Shown piece after piece: positions 16,335 through 25,534 of a DNA stretch of 32,000 nucleotides (within the stretch, counting starts at the first letter, position 1; the number at the start of each line of letters is the position of its first letter). Origin of the DNA: Bermanella sp. (lineage in GTDB: Bacteria > Pseudomonadota > Gammaproteobacteria > Pseudomonadales > Oceanobacteraceae); NCBI GenBank assembly GCA_034111105.1, contig JAWUXY010000119.1, positions 1-32,000 of the forward strand, written 5' to 3'. Position numbers and translations under genes: made by a program. The notes under the pieces were generated by a model that saw only the letters and a list, made by a program, of their open reading frames with translations, did not search any database and had not been told where the DNA came from.

Positions 16335-18392
16335 TTAGCGTATTACGTTTTTTCGTTTATTATTTATGCGTTTCATTTGTGATACACGCTCATCACAATC
16401 AAAAAAATCTTCAACTGTATGACTCAGCTTGCGCCGCCAATTTGGATACTGATCTGTCGTACCTGGTAAGTTAATAGGATTTAATATGGCTAAAAAATCG
16501 TCCGGTTGAAAAACCGTAATATTCGCCTGCGAGGACGCTAAATATTCATGCGCTAACGCCACCACACTCTTACTATTTAAATCAGATATACTTGTTTCTT
16601 TTTCATTTAATCGCGTCGTTTTATTATTGATCGCCCGAACAAACGCCTGCTGAAAAGACGCTCTATTTTTACTCAAACGTTGATAGTCCGATTCACTTGG
16701 GAACAGCTTTAAACGCTTAAGAATATCTAAGTCAACGGATTGCCAATAACCAGCCATTGTAGGCAAATCATGAGTTGAAAGCGTCGCTAATGCTCGCTCT
16801 TCATAGTTTTGAGGGGACTTCAAATCTTGTTCATTATTTTCACGCTCAAATAAGAAAACTTTATACGAATAAATATCCGCATCGTTCATGGCCTTAGATA
16901 TCTCTTGTGGCACCATGCCCAAATCTTCACCGATCACCATGCATTGTTGCCTTTGACTCTCCAGCGCGAGTATCCCCATTAATTCTCGAAGTGGATAATG
17001 AATATAAGTACCATTACTTGCATCTTGACCTGCGGGCATACACCAAATGCGAAACAAGCCCATAATATGGTCAATACGTAAGGCACCGGCATGGGCCATA
17101 TTGGCTCGTATCATTTGCGTGAATGGCTCATAACCTCTCGCTTTCAGTGCACGAGGATTCATCACAGGTAACTGCCAATTCTGACCATGCAGCGCTAATT
17201 CATCCGGTGGCGCCCCCACGCTCACATCACAGTTGTAAACATCACCGTACATCCACGTTTCCGCACCATGATTATCAACACCTACAGCCAAATCACGATA
17301 CAAACCTAACGACATACCACCGCCTGTGGCCGCCGCTTGTGTCGCCGCTAATTGTTCGTCCGCTACCCATTGCATAAATTGATAAAAGCGTACCTCTTCA
17401 TGATACTCAATCAAAAATTTCTGGACCGCTTGGCTTTGATAATTTTGATATTCAGCTGGCCATTGCTGCCAGCTATTGATGGCATTATTTTTTTGATAAA
17501 AATAATGATATAACGCTTGGAATAAACAAATTAAATGATGCGACTCGCTACTATTTTTAACATAAGCATTAAACTGAGCTATTCGTTTCTGGTCTGCATG
17601 CGTAACAAATTCTTTATAGGCGACTTTAGCGGCCAAGAAAATCAATTGACTGTATTGTTGGTAATCGACTAAATCGACTGCCCGTAATTCGTGAATGAGC
17701 GTTTCATTCTCAGCATAAAACGTGGTCATAGCCTTTTCGGCTTCAGGCAGTTTTTGCCAATCAATGTACTTAGGGTCTAATAAAAGGCGGCTACTTGGGC
17801 TGTACGGGCTACAGATTCGCCCATCATCATTATATAAAAGATGTAACGGGTTCAGCCCAAGTACATTCGCACCTAACGCTGCGCCTTTCTCGGCAAACAT
17901 TTGCAAGTCTGTTAAATTACCCAAGCCCCAGTTTGACTCCGAGCGCACAGTATAAAGCTGCACCGCAAAGCCCCATATTTTATTTGTGTAAAAATCATCT
18001 GGCGTGTAGCACTTTTTAGGCGCGTAAATAACTCGACAAGCGTAAGCTTGGTTATGCCATTGCACATTAATTTGATGATAACCAAATGGCAATTCACTGG
18101 GCAAATGGATGCCGCCGCTAGTAAAGGTCAATGGTATCTTTTTTTCATTTTCTAACGTTAATACAACCTGACTTAAATCCGGATGCTCTATATTCGGCGT
18201 CACTAATAATATATCGCCTTCAATTATCACATAACAGTCTTCAAATAAGGTTTGTGGCTCGTTATTATCCGTACGATCAAGCAAGTCAACCAATGCGTGT
18301 AGCTTGTTTATTTGAATCTCTTCTATTTCATCGTTCTTATTTAGATAGCTTCTAGCTAGACCCATTTTTTTTATTTTTTCGTCTATATTCAT
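16335..18392 (-). CDS. malQ: 4-alpha-glucanotransferase (amylomaltase, GH77)
   Basis: 685 aa. GH77 motifs are present: YSPSSRLLLDP, GALRIDHIMGLFRIW, VIGEDLGMVP and LSTHDLPT. Confidence 0.92.
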   Translation of the reverse strand: MNIDEKIKKMGLARSYLNKNDEIEEIQINKLHALVDLLDRTDNNEPQTLFEDCYVIIEGDILLVTPNIEHPDLSQVVLTLENEKKIPLTFTSGGIHLPSELPFGYHQINVQWHNQAYACRVIYAPKKCYTPDDFYTNKIWGFAVQLYTVRSESNWGLGNLTDLQMFAEKGAALGANVLGLNPLHLLYNDDGRICSPYSPSSRLLLDPKYIDWQKLPEAEKAMTTFYAENETLIHELRAVDLVDYQQYSQLIFLAAKVAYKEFVTHADQKRIAQFNAYVKNSSESHHLICLFQALYHYFYQKNNAINSWQQWPAEYQNYQSQAVQKFLIEYHEEVRFYQFMQWVADEQLAATQAAATGGGMSLGLYRDLAVGVDNHGAETWMYGDVYNCDVSVGAPPDELALHGQNWQLPVMNPRALKARGYEPFTQMIRANMAHAGALRIDHIMGLFRIWCMPAGQDASNGTYIHYPLRELMGILALESQRQQCMVIGEDLGMVPQEISKAMNDADIYSYKVFLFERENNEQDLKSPQNYEERALATLSTHDLPTMAGYWQSVDLDILKRLKLFPSESDYQRLSKNRASFQQAFVRAINNKTTRLNEKETSISDLNSKSVVALAHEYLASSQANITVFQPDDFLAILNPINLPGTTDQYPNWRRKLSHTVEDFFDCDERVSQMKRINNKRKNVIR

Positions 18393-18401
18393 AACTTACC
18401 A

Positions 18402-19511
18402 CTACAATGATTCTATTATTTTTTTTCTAATCTGATTATATTCATCATCACTCACTAGATTTTCTTCTCGTAAGACCTGTAATCTTTTAAGTCGATCTTT
18501 TATGCTCAAGTTATTTTCTTCTTTAGGTTGATCATGACCTGACACATCAAACACATTTGGTTTGGTTAATTCACCTGTGTAAACCTCATTTATTTTTGAT
18601 GGCACAACAGCACCCAGCACAGAAAAATAGCGATTAGTATCGCTATCTAATAATAAGTTATTAAGCCATTTCCTTTGATAACCATGGCTATCTAAGACAT
18701 CAACAATAGGTGACGCATCAACTCTTGCACCCAATTTTAGTCCTAGGCTGTCTGTGTTTTTACCCGGTTGTGTTAATAAAATAAAATTAGGCGCTGCAAT
18801 ATTCATTTGAAAACGCGTTTCAATATCGGCAGCACTAATGAGTACACTATAAGCCCAGTCTGTTGATAGTGTGCTGATAAAGGCATTTGGAATGGTTACG
18901 ATGACCTTATTTTTCTTAACTTTAATCTTTGTTGCGAATAAATAATGCTCTTTGATAGACGTTTCCACATCTTTTTCTATCTTGGCACTGACGTCACTAT
19001 CGAGGGTTTGATCGGAATTAGATAATGTTTCTATCTTCGTTTTAACAAGATAGTCATGGTGCATTGATTGCGCAGCATAAGGACGCGGCGTCACTATGAT
19101 GGCCTTTTCCCAAGCAAATTCATTTGCTAACAATGCTTGGCGGCCTGGCAATGTTTGTACAAAACCACTATTTGGCTTACGGTCTGTATCTATGTAAACA
19201 TCAATATTAAGAGTATAAAAATCGTTTTTTACAATTTCATTTAATGCCGTACCACCAAATCGAGATAATTTATTTTTGGGGGATGATAAAGGTTTGCGAA
19301 ATTCAAATATAAGCTGATGATTATCCGCTTGTTTTTTTACTTCAAATTTTATTAAGTCTAATTCACCCTCAACAATACTATTATTGACAGGGTATAAGAT
19401 ATCTCCCGCGCCATTATCATCGTTCGACTCATCAAGTACCGAAAAATCGGCATAACTACTTACAGACAGAAAAAGAAGGGATATGAGCGTTATTTTTTTG
19501 GGTTTTAACAT
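18402..19511 (-). CDS. Secreted protein with a glucodextranase-C-like (putative glucan-binding) fold and a C-terminal SHOCT-like motif; paralog of 21822..22634
   Basis: The signal peptide is MLKPKKITLISLLFLSVSSYA. The 270-aa protein shares NDDNGAGDILYP, IDVYIDTD and WEKAIIVTP. The tail is DRLKRLQVLREENLVSDDEYNQIRKKIIESL. The family assignment is from memory and unverified. Confidence 0.6.
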   Translation of the reverse strand: MLKPKKITLISLLFLSVSSYADFSVLDESNDDNGAGDILYPVNNSIVEGELDLIKFEVKKQADNHQLIFEFRKPLSSPKNKLSRFGGTALNEIVKNDFYTLNIDVYIDTDRKPNSGFVQTLPGRQALLANEFAWEKAIIVTPRPYAAQSMHHDYLVKTKIETLSNSDQTLDSDVSAKIEKDVETSIKEHYLFATKIKVKKNKVIVTIPNAFISTLSTDWAYSVLISAADIETRFQMNIAAPNFILLTQPGKNTDSLGLKLGARVDASPIVDVLDSHGYQRKWLNNLLLDSDTNRYFSVLGAVVPSKINEVYTGELTKPNVFDVSGHDQPKEENNLSIKDRLKRLQVLREENLVSDDEYNQIRKKIIESL

Positions 19512-19565
19512 ATTTCTTTGCCCTAAATTGAGAGTTACTGCGGTTATCTTCTCACATTTAAATCA

Positions 19566-19605
19566 ATTAGAGTGCCCAACATACCATGAGCACTCTAATT
19601 TTTTC
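19566..19605 (-). terminator. Intergenic hairpin after the porin gene; possibly a partial terminator/attenuator or an mRNA-stabilising stem
   Basis: attagagtgc (19566-19575) pairs with gcactctaat (19590-19599) around a 14-nt loop. The T6 run is on the plus side. On the minus-sense RNA an A-tract precedes the stem and it is followed by UUGAUUU. Confidence 0.45.
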
Positions 19606-19622
19606 GCAAAATCGCTCAGTAT

Positions 19623-21674
19623 TTAGAATTGTGTTTTAACAAATACTTTCATTCGATATTGTGAATAATCAAAGTCTTCATTAGGGCTATCGATATTGCC
19701 ATTCCAACCACTGCCTGCAACCAGTGCATCAATTGCGGCTGCATTGGTGACCTCTGTTACACTACCGTCTGCATTACCTTGGTAAAACTCAGGATCAAAA
19801 GTACCGTGTATAAACTCAACTTTTGCCCCCATTTCTACACCGGAGATAATATAGTCAGCTTGCAAGCCAAAGATATTTTTACTGTGTTGACCCGTTTGGT
19901 ATTCAACCCAACCACCGCCTTGCTCCCAACCGTCAAACACAGTGGGAACGTTGTCGATGGTGCCATCCATTAAGTCAACCTGATAAACATCGTAATAGGC
20001 TTTCACGTACAAGTCTTGATGTAACTGAGCGCCAATGGTCATACCAAAAGAAGTATAATCCGCTTCACGATCGTCATGTTTGTGGTGGCTAATAATGGTT
20101 GAGGCATTGCTATAAGCATCCGCCAACGAACTGTTCGACTTTACTCGCTTATCTTCATCGCCCACAAATTTCACAAAACCAGAAAGGTCTATGCCGCCCA
20201 ATACATCCAATTGATGCTCAGCACGCAAAGCCACAATCGTTGTTGACTTATCTTGGTAAGGCGATAACACAGAGCGATAATCACCACCTACACCCCAACC
20301 AGAAACACCATCAAGCCCAGGCATTGCACAATCCGCTTTCACATCACCGCCACAGGCCTGTTCATTATCATTATAATCAAGCAAGGTTAGCTCTAATGAT
20401 AAGTCCACATCTGCTATGGTATAGCGAGGAATAACCGTTAAACCTTTCCAACCGATAACACTGTAAGCTTGCGATTCATCGAAGTCAGTGAATTCGTTAT
20501 CCGCATTAACCGCAACAACTTGTTGTTGTGTTCCACGCCAACCGCCATAACCAACATTCGCCGTACCCGCTGCTTTGCTATTATAGTTCGGCCTCGACCA
20601 GCCCCATGCACCGTCATAGCCTTCTGTCAGCAATACATCGGCTTCACGACGAGATGCCATCATTGAGAAATAGTCTTTACCGATATCAAAGTACTGAGCC
20701 GAGATGGCTAACTCATCAACACCAAAGTCGCTTAGTTCAACATTTAATAGTAAGGCGGTATCGTTCACGCTTTTACTTGGTGTAGGTGTCCAACGCGGCT
20801 CTGTTACATTTTCATCAATATCAAATGTTGAGTTGTATACTGCAATGTTTGTACTTAAATAATCCAGTCCATCCCAAGCCAGTTTTAATCCTGTCACTGA
20901 ATTAGCAAAACGCGTTTCTAATCTTCGACCATTGGTTGCATCTGTATCATTGGTATCAAGCTCTTGGTCTTGAACATATTCATGAATCAAGGTTACATTT
21001 AAGTCATCTGATATATTGCTTTTTAACTGCAAACCATAAGCTGCATCTTGGGCTTGTAAGTCGCCAGTATTAAATTGAGGGCCTGCCCACAAACTAGGCA
21101 AAGAAATACGCGCAAAATCATAGCGCAACGCACTATTAAATAATGCACCTTGCGCTAAAATACCGGACCCATTGTCGCGGTCAATGTAACGCATTTTACC
21201 GATGGTCATGGCGTCGAACACACCCCAATCATTTGAACCAATCGTGACAGAATCAATCCACTCGTACCCAGGGGTTATACGAGTATAAATACCTCGCAGT
21301 TTCACGTATTGCGCTTCTTTGGGATTACTTTCACCAGTACACGTAACTTGACCACCGCCAGCAGGTGCTTGGCAATCACCGCCAAAGCCACCAAAGTTAG
21401 ACCAGTAATTTGAGTCAAAGCGAGATTTTAAGCGCCCACCAACCTCCACTTTTTCAGATACCTTTGCTTCAAACATCAATTCGAATTCAGTGCCCTGACC
21501 AATGTCACCGCTACCGAATTCTGAATTATTATATAAACCAGTTTGAGAATTTTGGTTACCATCTAAAAATTTGTTATAGACAGAACCATACCAACGTATA
21601 TCACCTGCCACTGCCATTTGGGAAGCAAGTCCCAACAGCACAGCGGACGCCAGTACCTTTTTTTTAAATTCCAT
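19623..21674 (-). CDS. Large outer-membrane beta-barrel porin, a putative maltodextrin/glucan channel (not recognisably LamB or TonB-dependent)
   Basis: I moved the start to ATG 21674 (MEFKKKVLASAVLLGLASQMAVA signal peptide). The protein has an alternating amphipathic pattern rich in G/Y/D/N and ends in the OMP signature ...MKVFVKTQF. Its position between mal genes supports the functional guess. Confidence 0.7.
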   Translation of the reverse strand: MEFKKKVLASAVLLGLASQMAVAGDIRWYGSVYNKFLDGNQNSQTGLYNNSEFGSGDIGQGTEFELMFEAKVSEKVEVGGRLKSRFDSNYWSNFGGFGGDCQAPAGGGQVTCTGESNPKEAQYVKLRGIYTRITPGYEWIDSVTIGSNDWGVFDAMTIGKMRYIDRDNGSGILAQGALFNSALRYDFARISLPSLWAGPQFNTGDLQAQDAAYGLQLKSNISDDLNVTLIHEYVQDQELDTNDTDATNGRRLETRFANSVTGLKLAWDGLDYLSTNIAVYNSTFDIDENVTEPRWTPTPSKSVNDTALLLNVELSDFGVDELAISAQYFDIGKDYFSMMASRREADVLLTEGYDGAWGWSRPNYNSKAAGTANVGYGGWRGTQQQVVAVNADNEFTDFDESQAYSVIGWKGLTVIPRYTIADVDLSLELTLLDYNDNEQACGGDVKADCAMPGLDGVSGWGVGGDYRSVLSPYQDKSTTIVALRAEHQLDVLGGIDLSGFVKFVGDEDKRVKSNSSLADAYSNASTIISHHKHDDREADYTSFGMTIGAQLHQDLYVKAYYDVYQVDLMDGTIDNVPTVFDGWEQGGGWVEYQTGQHSKNIFGLQADYIISGVEMGAKVEFIHGTFDPEFYQGNADGSVTEVTNAAAIDALVAGSGWNGNIDSPNEDFDYSQYRMKVFVKTQF

Positions 21675-21750
21675 AATAAAGACCTTTTGCAATTTAATTT
21701 TCTTATTTTTATGTCTAATTATTCTGCTTAAAGCTAGATTAAATACACAA

Positions 21751-21764
21751 TGCAATCGTTTACA
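21751..21764. promoter_or_regulatory. LacI/GalR-type operator TGCAATCGTTTACA upstream of the porin gene
   Basis: It matches all 10 fixed positions of TGnAAnCGnTTnCA. It lies 77 nt upstream of the corrected porin start and just downstream of a hairpin ending the previous gene. Confidence 0.65.
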
Positions 21765-21776
21765 TTTTTAAGCAAC

Positions 21777-21802
21777 AAAAGGCTGCAACATTGGCAGCTT
21801 TT
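21777..21802 (-). terminator. Weak rho-independent terminator after the 270-aa gene
   Basis: The minus-sense RNA reads AAAAGCUGC-caauguu-GCAGC(C)UUUU followed by GUUGCUU. The GC core is only 5 bp with one bulge. Confidence 0.4.
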
Positions 21803-21821
21803 GTCCCCTATGAATTTAATA

Positions 21822-22634
21822 TTAATTCCTTAACATGCTTAATTCAGATAGTTTTACAACGTCACCATCTTCTGAGCATTCAAATTTCAACATTTCGATT
21901 TGCGCTGCGATTTCAGACTTATCGCCTTTACCACTACCCGCAAGTACATCTAAAACATGGGGATCGCAGTCTGTATCCGCTTGACCACCAAAGCGATGCT
22001 GACCTTCGTATTCATTAACCTTACGAGTTAATAGATCAGTTTTAGCCGGGAAACCTTCGTTTGATTGAACAACCACTTGATAGCCCCATTTCGCTGGATC
22101 CCCTTCACCTAGGTCTACAAGATTCACCTTACCCGTAATTTTATTGCCTTTGCCTTTAGTACGGCTAGGTACAACAATGTCGTTTAATATATCCGCGGCC
22201 TTCACTTGCGCTTCAGAGATAACACGTGATTGTTTTTGTGGTGACAGAATCACAACTTTGTCCCATTCGTGGCCTGGGGCAAATGTCACATTTGTGCCGG
22301 GCACACCTGCGGTATGTCCGCCTGCTTTCGTATCAATATAGACAAAAATCATCTGGATAGAAAAACCGCTCCCCATTCCCCATCCATCTTCCAATGTGGT
22401 ATTAAATTCAGTTGTGAATGTGGCTTTTTTTGAATCACTTTTTATTTTCAATTTTTTTAAATCAAAGGACCCGGGTTTATAAATGCCATCCGTTGGATAT
22501 ACCACATGGCCTGCACCAATGTCGTCTCCCTTAGGATCATTAAATTCAATGGAGCCAGCAGCAGCTGTTACACTTAAAGCAAGCGTACTCACAGCGGTTA
22601 AGGCTTTAAGCATTGTTTTTATTTTAATTTTCAT
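21822..22634 (-). CDS. Secreted glucodextranase-C-like (putative glucan-binding) protein; paralog of 18402..19511
   Basis: The signal peptide is MKIKIKTMLKALTAVSTLALSVTAAA. Motifs are DPKGDDIGAGHVVYP, FVYIDTK and WDKVVILSP. It is the last gene after malG. Confidence 0.62.
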   Translation of the reverse strand: MKIKIKTMLKALTAVSTLALSVTAAAGSIEFNDPKGDDIGAGHVVYPTDGIYKPGSFDLKKLKIKSDSKKATFTTEFNTTLEDGWGMGSGFSIQMIFVYIDTKAGGHTAGVPGTNVTFAPGHEWDKVVILSPQKQSRVISEAQVKAADILNDIVVPSRTKGKGNKITGKVNLVDLGEGDPAKWGYQVVVQSNEGFPAKTDLLTRKVNEYEGQHRFGGQADTDCDPHVLDVLAGSGKGDKSEIAAQIEMLKFECSEDGDVVKLSELSMLRN

Positions 22635-22700
22635 ATTGCAATTCCCATCGTGCGTTTATAGTTACATGTTATTCAAATGGTGTAATAAGATAAATTGGAT

Positions 22701-23585
22701 TTACCCTTTTACCCCTCCTGAAGTCAGTCCTGATATTAAGTATTTTTGTAAGTACAAAAATAGAAAAACAACGGGGGCCGATACGATAACAGAGCCCGCA
22801 GCAAAATAACCCCACATGGAAGAATGCTCCCCGACAAAAAATTTCAACCCTACTGGCGCAGTGTACAGTTGCTCTTCACTCATGAAAATTGAGGCTAAAA
22901 TAAATTCATTCCAACCAGCCATAAATGAAAACAATGCAGTTACTGCAATAGCAGGCTTGGCTAAAGGCACAATAATCTTCCAAAAGATAACAGCTTGTGA
23001 TGCACCATCCATAATAGCGGACTCTTCAATTTCTTTTGGGATCGTATCGAAATAGCCTTTTAGCATCCAAACACAAAAAGGAATAGCCGTAACAGAGTAA
23101 ACCAATACCAAACCAATATAAGAGTTCTCTAAATTCAACCACCCTACAATAATCACATACAATGGAATCAGCATTAGTGTGCCTGGAAACATTTGTGATA
23201 CCAAAAATGTCATCATCCCAACACCACGACCAGGAAAGCGAAAGCGCGAAAACGCGTAAGCAGATGTACTGGCCAAAAACACACCAAACACCGTTGTTGC
23301 ACCCGCGACAACAGCACTATTAAACAACCAACGACCAAATTGCTGTTCGGTTAGTACATCTATAAAATTTTGAATAGAGAAGTTTTCAGGCCATGGGATA
23401 ATAGCGCGAATTCGATCCCAGCTACTCGGATCAGCCGGCAGTTCTGTAATAGATAAAGACTGACTACCAGAAAATGCCAAAGAGAGCACCCAAAAAATAG
23501 GATACAACGACAATATAGTCATGCTAATAACAAACACGTATCTCATGATGAGCAGTATGTTTTCTGTTTCAAATAATTTATTCAT
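22701..23585 (-). CDS. malG: Maltodextrin ABC transporter permease (MalG-like, CUT1 family)
   Basis: It has six TM segments and an EAA-loop region (IPKEIEESAIMDGASQAVIFWKIIVPLAKP). The ORF-track start at 23591 is GTG. ATG 23585 is preceded by GGAGAG. Confidence 0.82.
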   Translation of the reverse strand: MNKLFETENILLIMRYVFVISMTILSLYPIFWVLSLAFSGSQSLSITELPADPSSWDRIRAIIPWPENFSIQNFIDVLTEQQFGRWLFNSAVVAGATTVFGVFLASTSAYAFSRFRFPGRGVGMMTFLVSQMFPGTLMLIPLYVIIVGWLNLENSYIGLVLVYSVTAIPFCVWMLKGYFDTIPKEIEESAIMDGASQAVIFWKIIVPLAKPAIAVTALFSFMAGWNEFILASIFMSEEQLYTAPVGLKFFVGEHSSMWGYFAAGSVIVSAPVVFLFLYLQKYLISGLTSGGVKG

Positions 23586-23597
23586 AATCACTCTCCG

Positions 23598-25520
23598 TTA
23601 CGAATTCGCATCCGTCACTTTGCTCACCTTATTTTGAAACACACCGTAAACCAGTAAGATCATGAAAATCACCACTGAATAAGCCGCTGCGTAAGCATAT
23701 TGCATTTTTTCAAAACCAATTTTATAAGCCTGTGTAATCAATATTTCATTTGCACCGGCAGGCTCACCTGCTGAAACCAAATAAATCACGTTAAACATAT
23801 TGAATGTCCATACTACCGACAGGATGACGGCGGGAATAAGTGTCGGCTTTAACGACGGCAAGGTAATGTACTTAAATTGTTGCCAACGATTAGCACCATC
23901 AATTTTAGCCGCTTCATACATATCAGTAGAGATTGACTGCAATCCGCCCAAAATAACCACCATCATAAAAGGAAAACCTAACCACACATTGGTGGTTAAA
24001 CCGGTTAAAAATGATGTGAAAACACTGCCAAACCAATCAATAGGTTCAAATCCAAAAATTTGAATTACCTGATTAATCACACCAAATTGTTGATGAAACA
24101 TGCCCTTCCAAACAAGCGCGGTAATATAATTAGGAATGGCCCAAGGTAAAATAAGCGCAACCCTGAAAAACCAACGGAACTTTATGCGCGAATCATTCAA
24201 TGCCAAAGCTAATAACAAGCCCAAACCCACTGCAAACACCACGTTTGATACGGTCCAACAAATGGTTATGAATAGCGTCCAATAAAAGTTTTCATAGTTA
24301 ATAATTGTTTGACCATCTAATTCTTTAAATAAATTAAAATCGCCTAAAATAGCCAAATAATTATCAAAACCCACAAAGCGCTCAGAGAACGAAAGGCTTT
24401 CGTTAAACATCGTGGTATCTGTAAAAGACAGTATAAAACCATAGCTAAACGGAAAAAATACCAATACCAACATACCCAACATGGCTGGCAATACGTACAT
24501 ATACGCCTGACGATTCTCTCTAAATGCATCACGGGTTTTGGCTGCTGAACCGGATACAAAAAAGATTAATAATAATGAAGAAAGTAAAATATAAACAAAG
24601 AGCTTAGCCATGAGCGCCTGCGTGTTCGATGCCATCCATTGTAAATAAAACGGCTGCGAGACCTCATCTAATCGCTGCATATCAAGACCGTAGCGATTAA
24701 TCCATAACATATCCGTATTAGCCAATACCAGCTCAATACTCTTTAATAATTCGGTAATATTATTGATAGCGTCAGATTGTTCAATTTGAAAATTGTGAAC
24801 TAACCTAACGCACAAAAGCACAGCCACACATAAGAATAGAAACAGGTAAACACTCGTATTTAGTGTGTTTTTACTAACAGATATGTATTTAAAATTCACA
24901 TTACTCAATGTCTTTTTATTAAAAAAAACTAAGCAGGCTAATGCGAGAACCAGCAATATAAACCAATCAATTACATAGTAAGGTGACACCGCTTTAGGTT
25001 CTGTTAGAACATCAACCTGCAACACTCCCTTAAATCGATCATTAACCAAATATGGATAAACCACCCTCAAAATACTGTTTGATGCTGTATCAAGCCATTG
25101 ATAGCTAACAAGTGGATTTAAAAATTGACCGCCTTTAGTTTTTCCATATGCCGATTTTATTTTTTTAGCTTCATCAAAAAATGACTTTTGATCTTTAGGT
25201 AATGAAAACGGAAAACTCTGGTGTTTATCTTCATCTTGCGTTGAGGCTATCACCTTAGCGCCGCGTAATTTCAATACCTTAATATCTGCAATACGCTCGT
25301 TTGATGCTTTCAAATTTAATGCGGCATCCTGCAGTGAAAGTGAATCACTGCCCGCCATTTTATGTGCCGTAAAACCAGATAAGATTACGGCTTTATCCAC
25401 TTCACTTTGTTGATATAAACGAGAGACGCTGTCGTTCAAACCATGCAAGAAAGCAAAGTAAGCGAGTGTGAATATCACAATAAAACTAAAAATACGGTTA
25501 TTAACCACTTGAGCCTTCAT
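23598..25520 (-). CDS. malF: Maltodextrin ABC transporter permease (MalF-like) with a ~335-aa N-terminal extension holding extra TM segments and a ~150-aa periplasmic domain
   Basis: The C-terminal ~300 aa is a standard CUT1 permease core (EAA loop MYEAAKIDGANRWQQFKYITLPSLKP). The N-terminal part has about 4 extra hydrophobic segments. Confidence 0.82.
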   Translation of the reverse strand: MKAQVVNNRIFSFIVIFTLAYFAFLHGLNDSVSRLYQQSEVDKAVILSGFTAHKMAGSDSLSLQDAALNLKASNERIADIKVLKLRGAKVIASTQDEDKHQSFPFSLPKDQKSFFDEAKKIKSAYGKTKGGQFLNPLVSYQWLDTASNSILRVVYPYLVNDRFKGVLQVDVLTEPKAVSPYYVIDWFILLVLALACLVFFNKKTLSNVNFKYISVSKNTLNTSVYLFLFLCVAVLLCVRLVHNFQIEQSDAINNITELLKSIELVLANTDMLWINRYGLDMQRLDEVSQPFYLQWMASNTQALMAKLFVYILLSSLLLIFFVSGSAAKTRDAFRENRQAYMYVLPAMLGMLVLVFFPFSYGFILSFTDTTMFNESLSFSERFVGFDNYLAILGDFNLFKELDGQTIINYENFYWTLFITICWTVSNVVFAVGLGLLLALALNDSRIKFRWFFRVALILPWAIPNYITALVWKGMFHQQFGVINQVIQIFGFEPIDWFGSVFTSFLTGLTTNVWLGFPFMMVVILGGLQSISTDMYEAAKIDGANRWQQFKYITLPSLKPTLIPAVILSVVWTFNMFNVIYLVSAGEPAGANEILITQAYKIGFEKMQYAYAAAYSVVIFMILLVYGVFQNKVSKVTDANS

Positions 25521-25534
25521 ATTTATAACATCCC

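Noticed and set aside
14244-18392. The idea that malQ + aminotransferase + GH13 + exporter + ABC importer is an acarbose-like aminooligosaccharide cluster, or that the PhyH/class-III aminotransferase pair is EctD/EctB
   Set aside because: No cyclitol synthase, nucleotidyltransferase or sugar-nucleotide genes are present for an acarbose-like route. No EctA or EctC is present for ectoine. The resemblance is only at the superfamily level.
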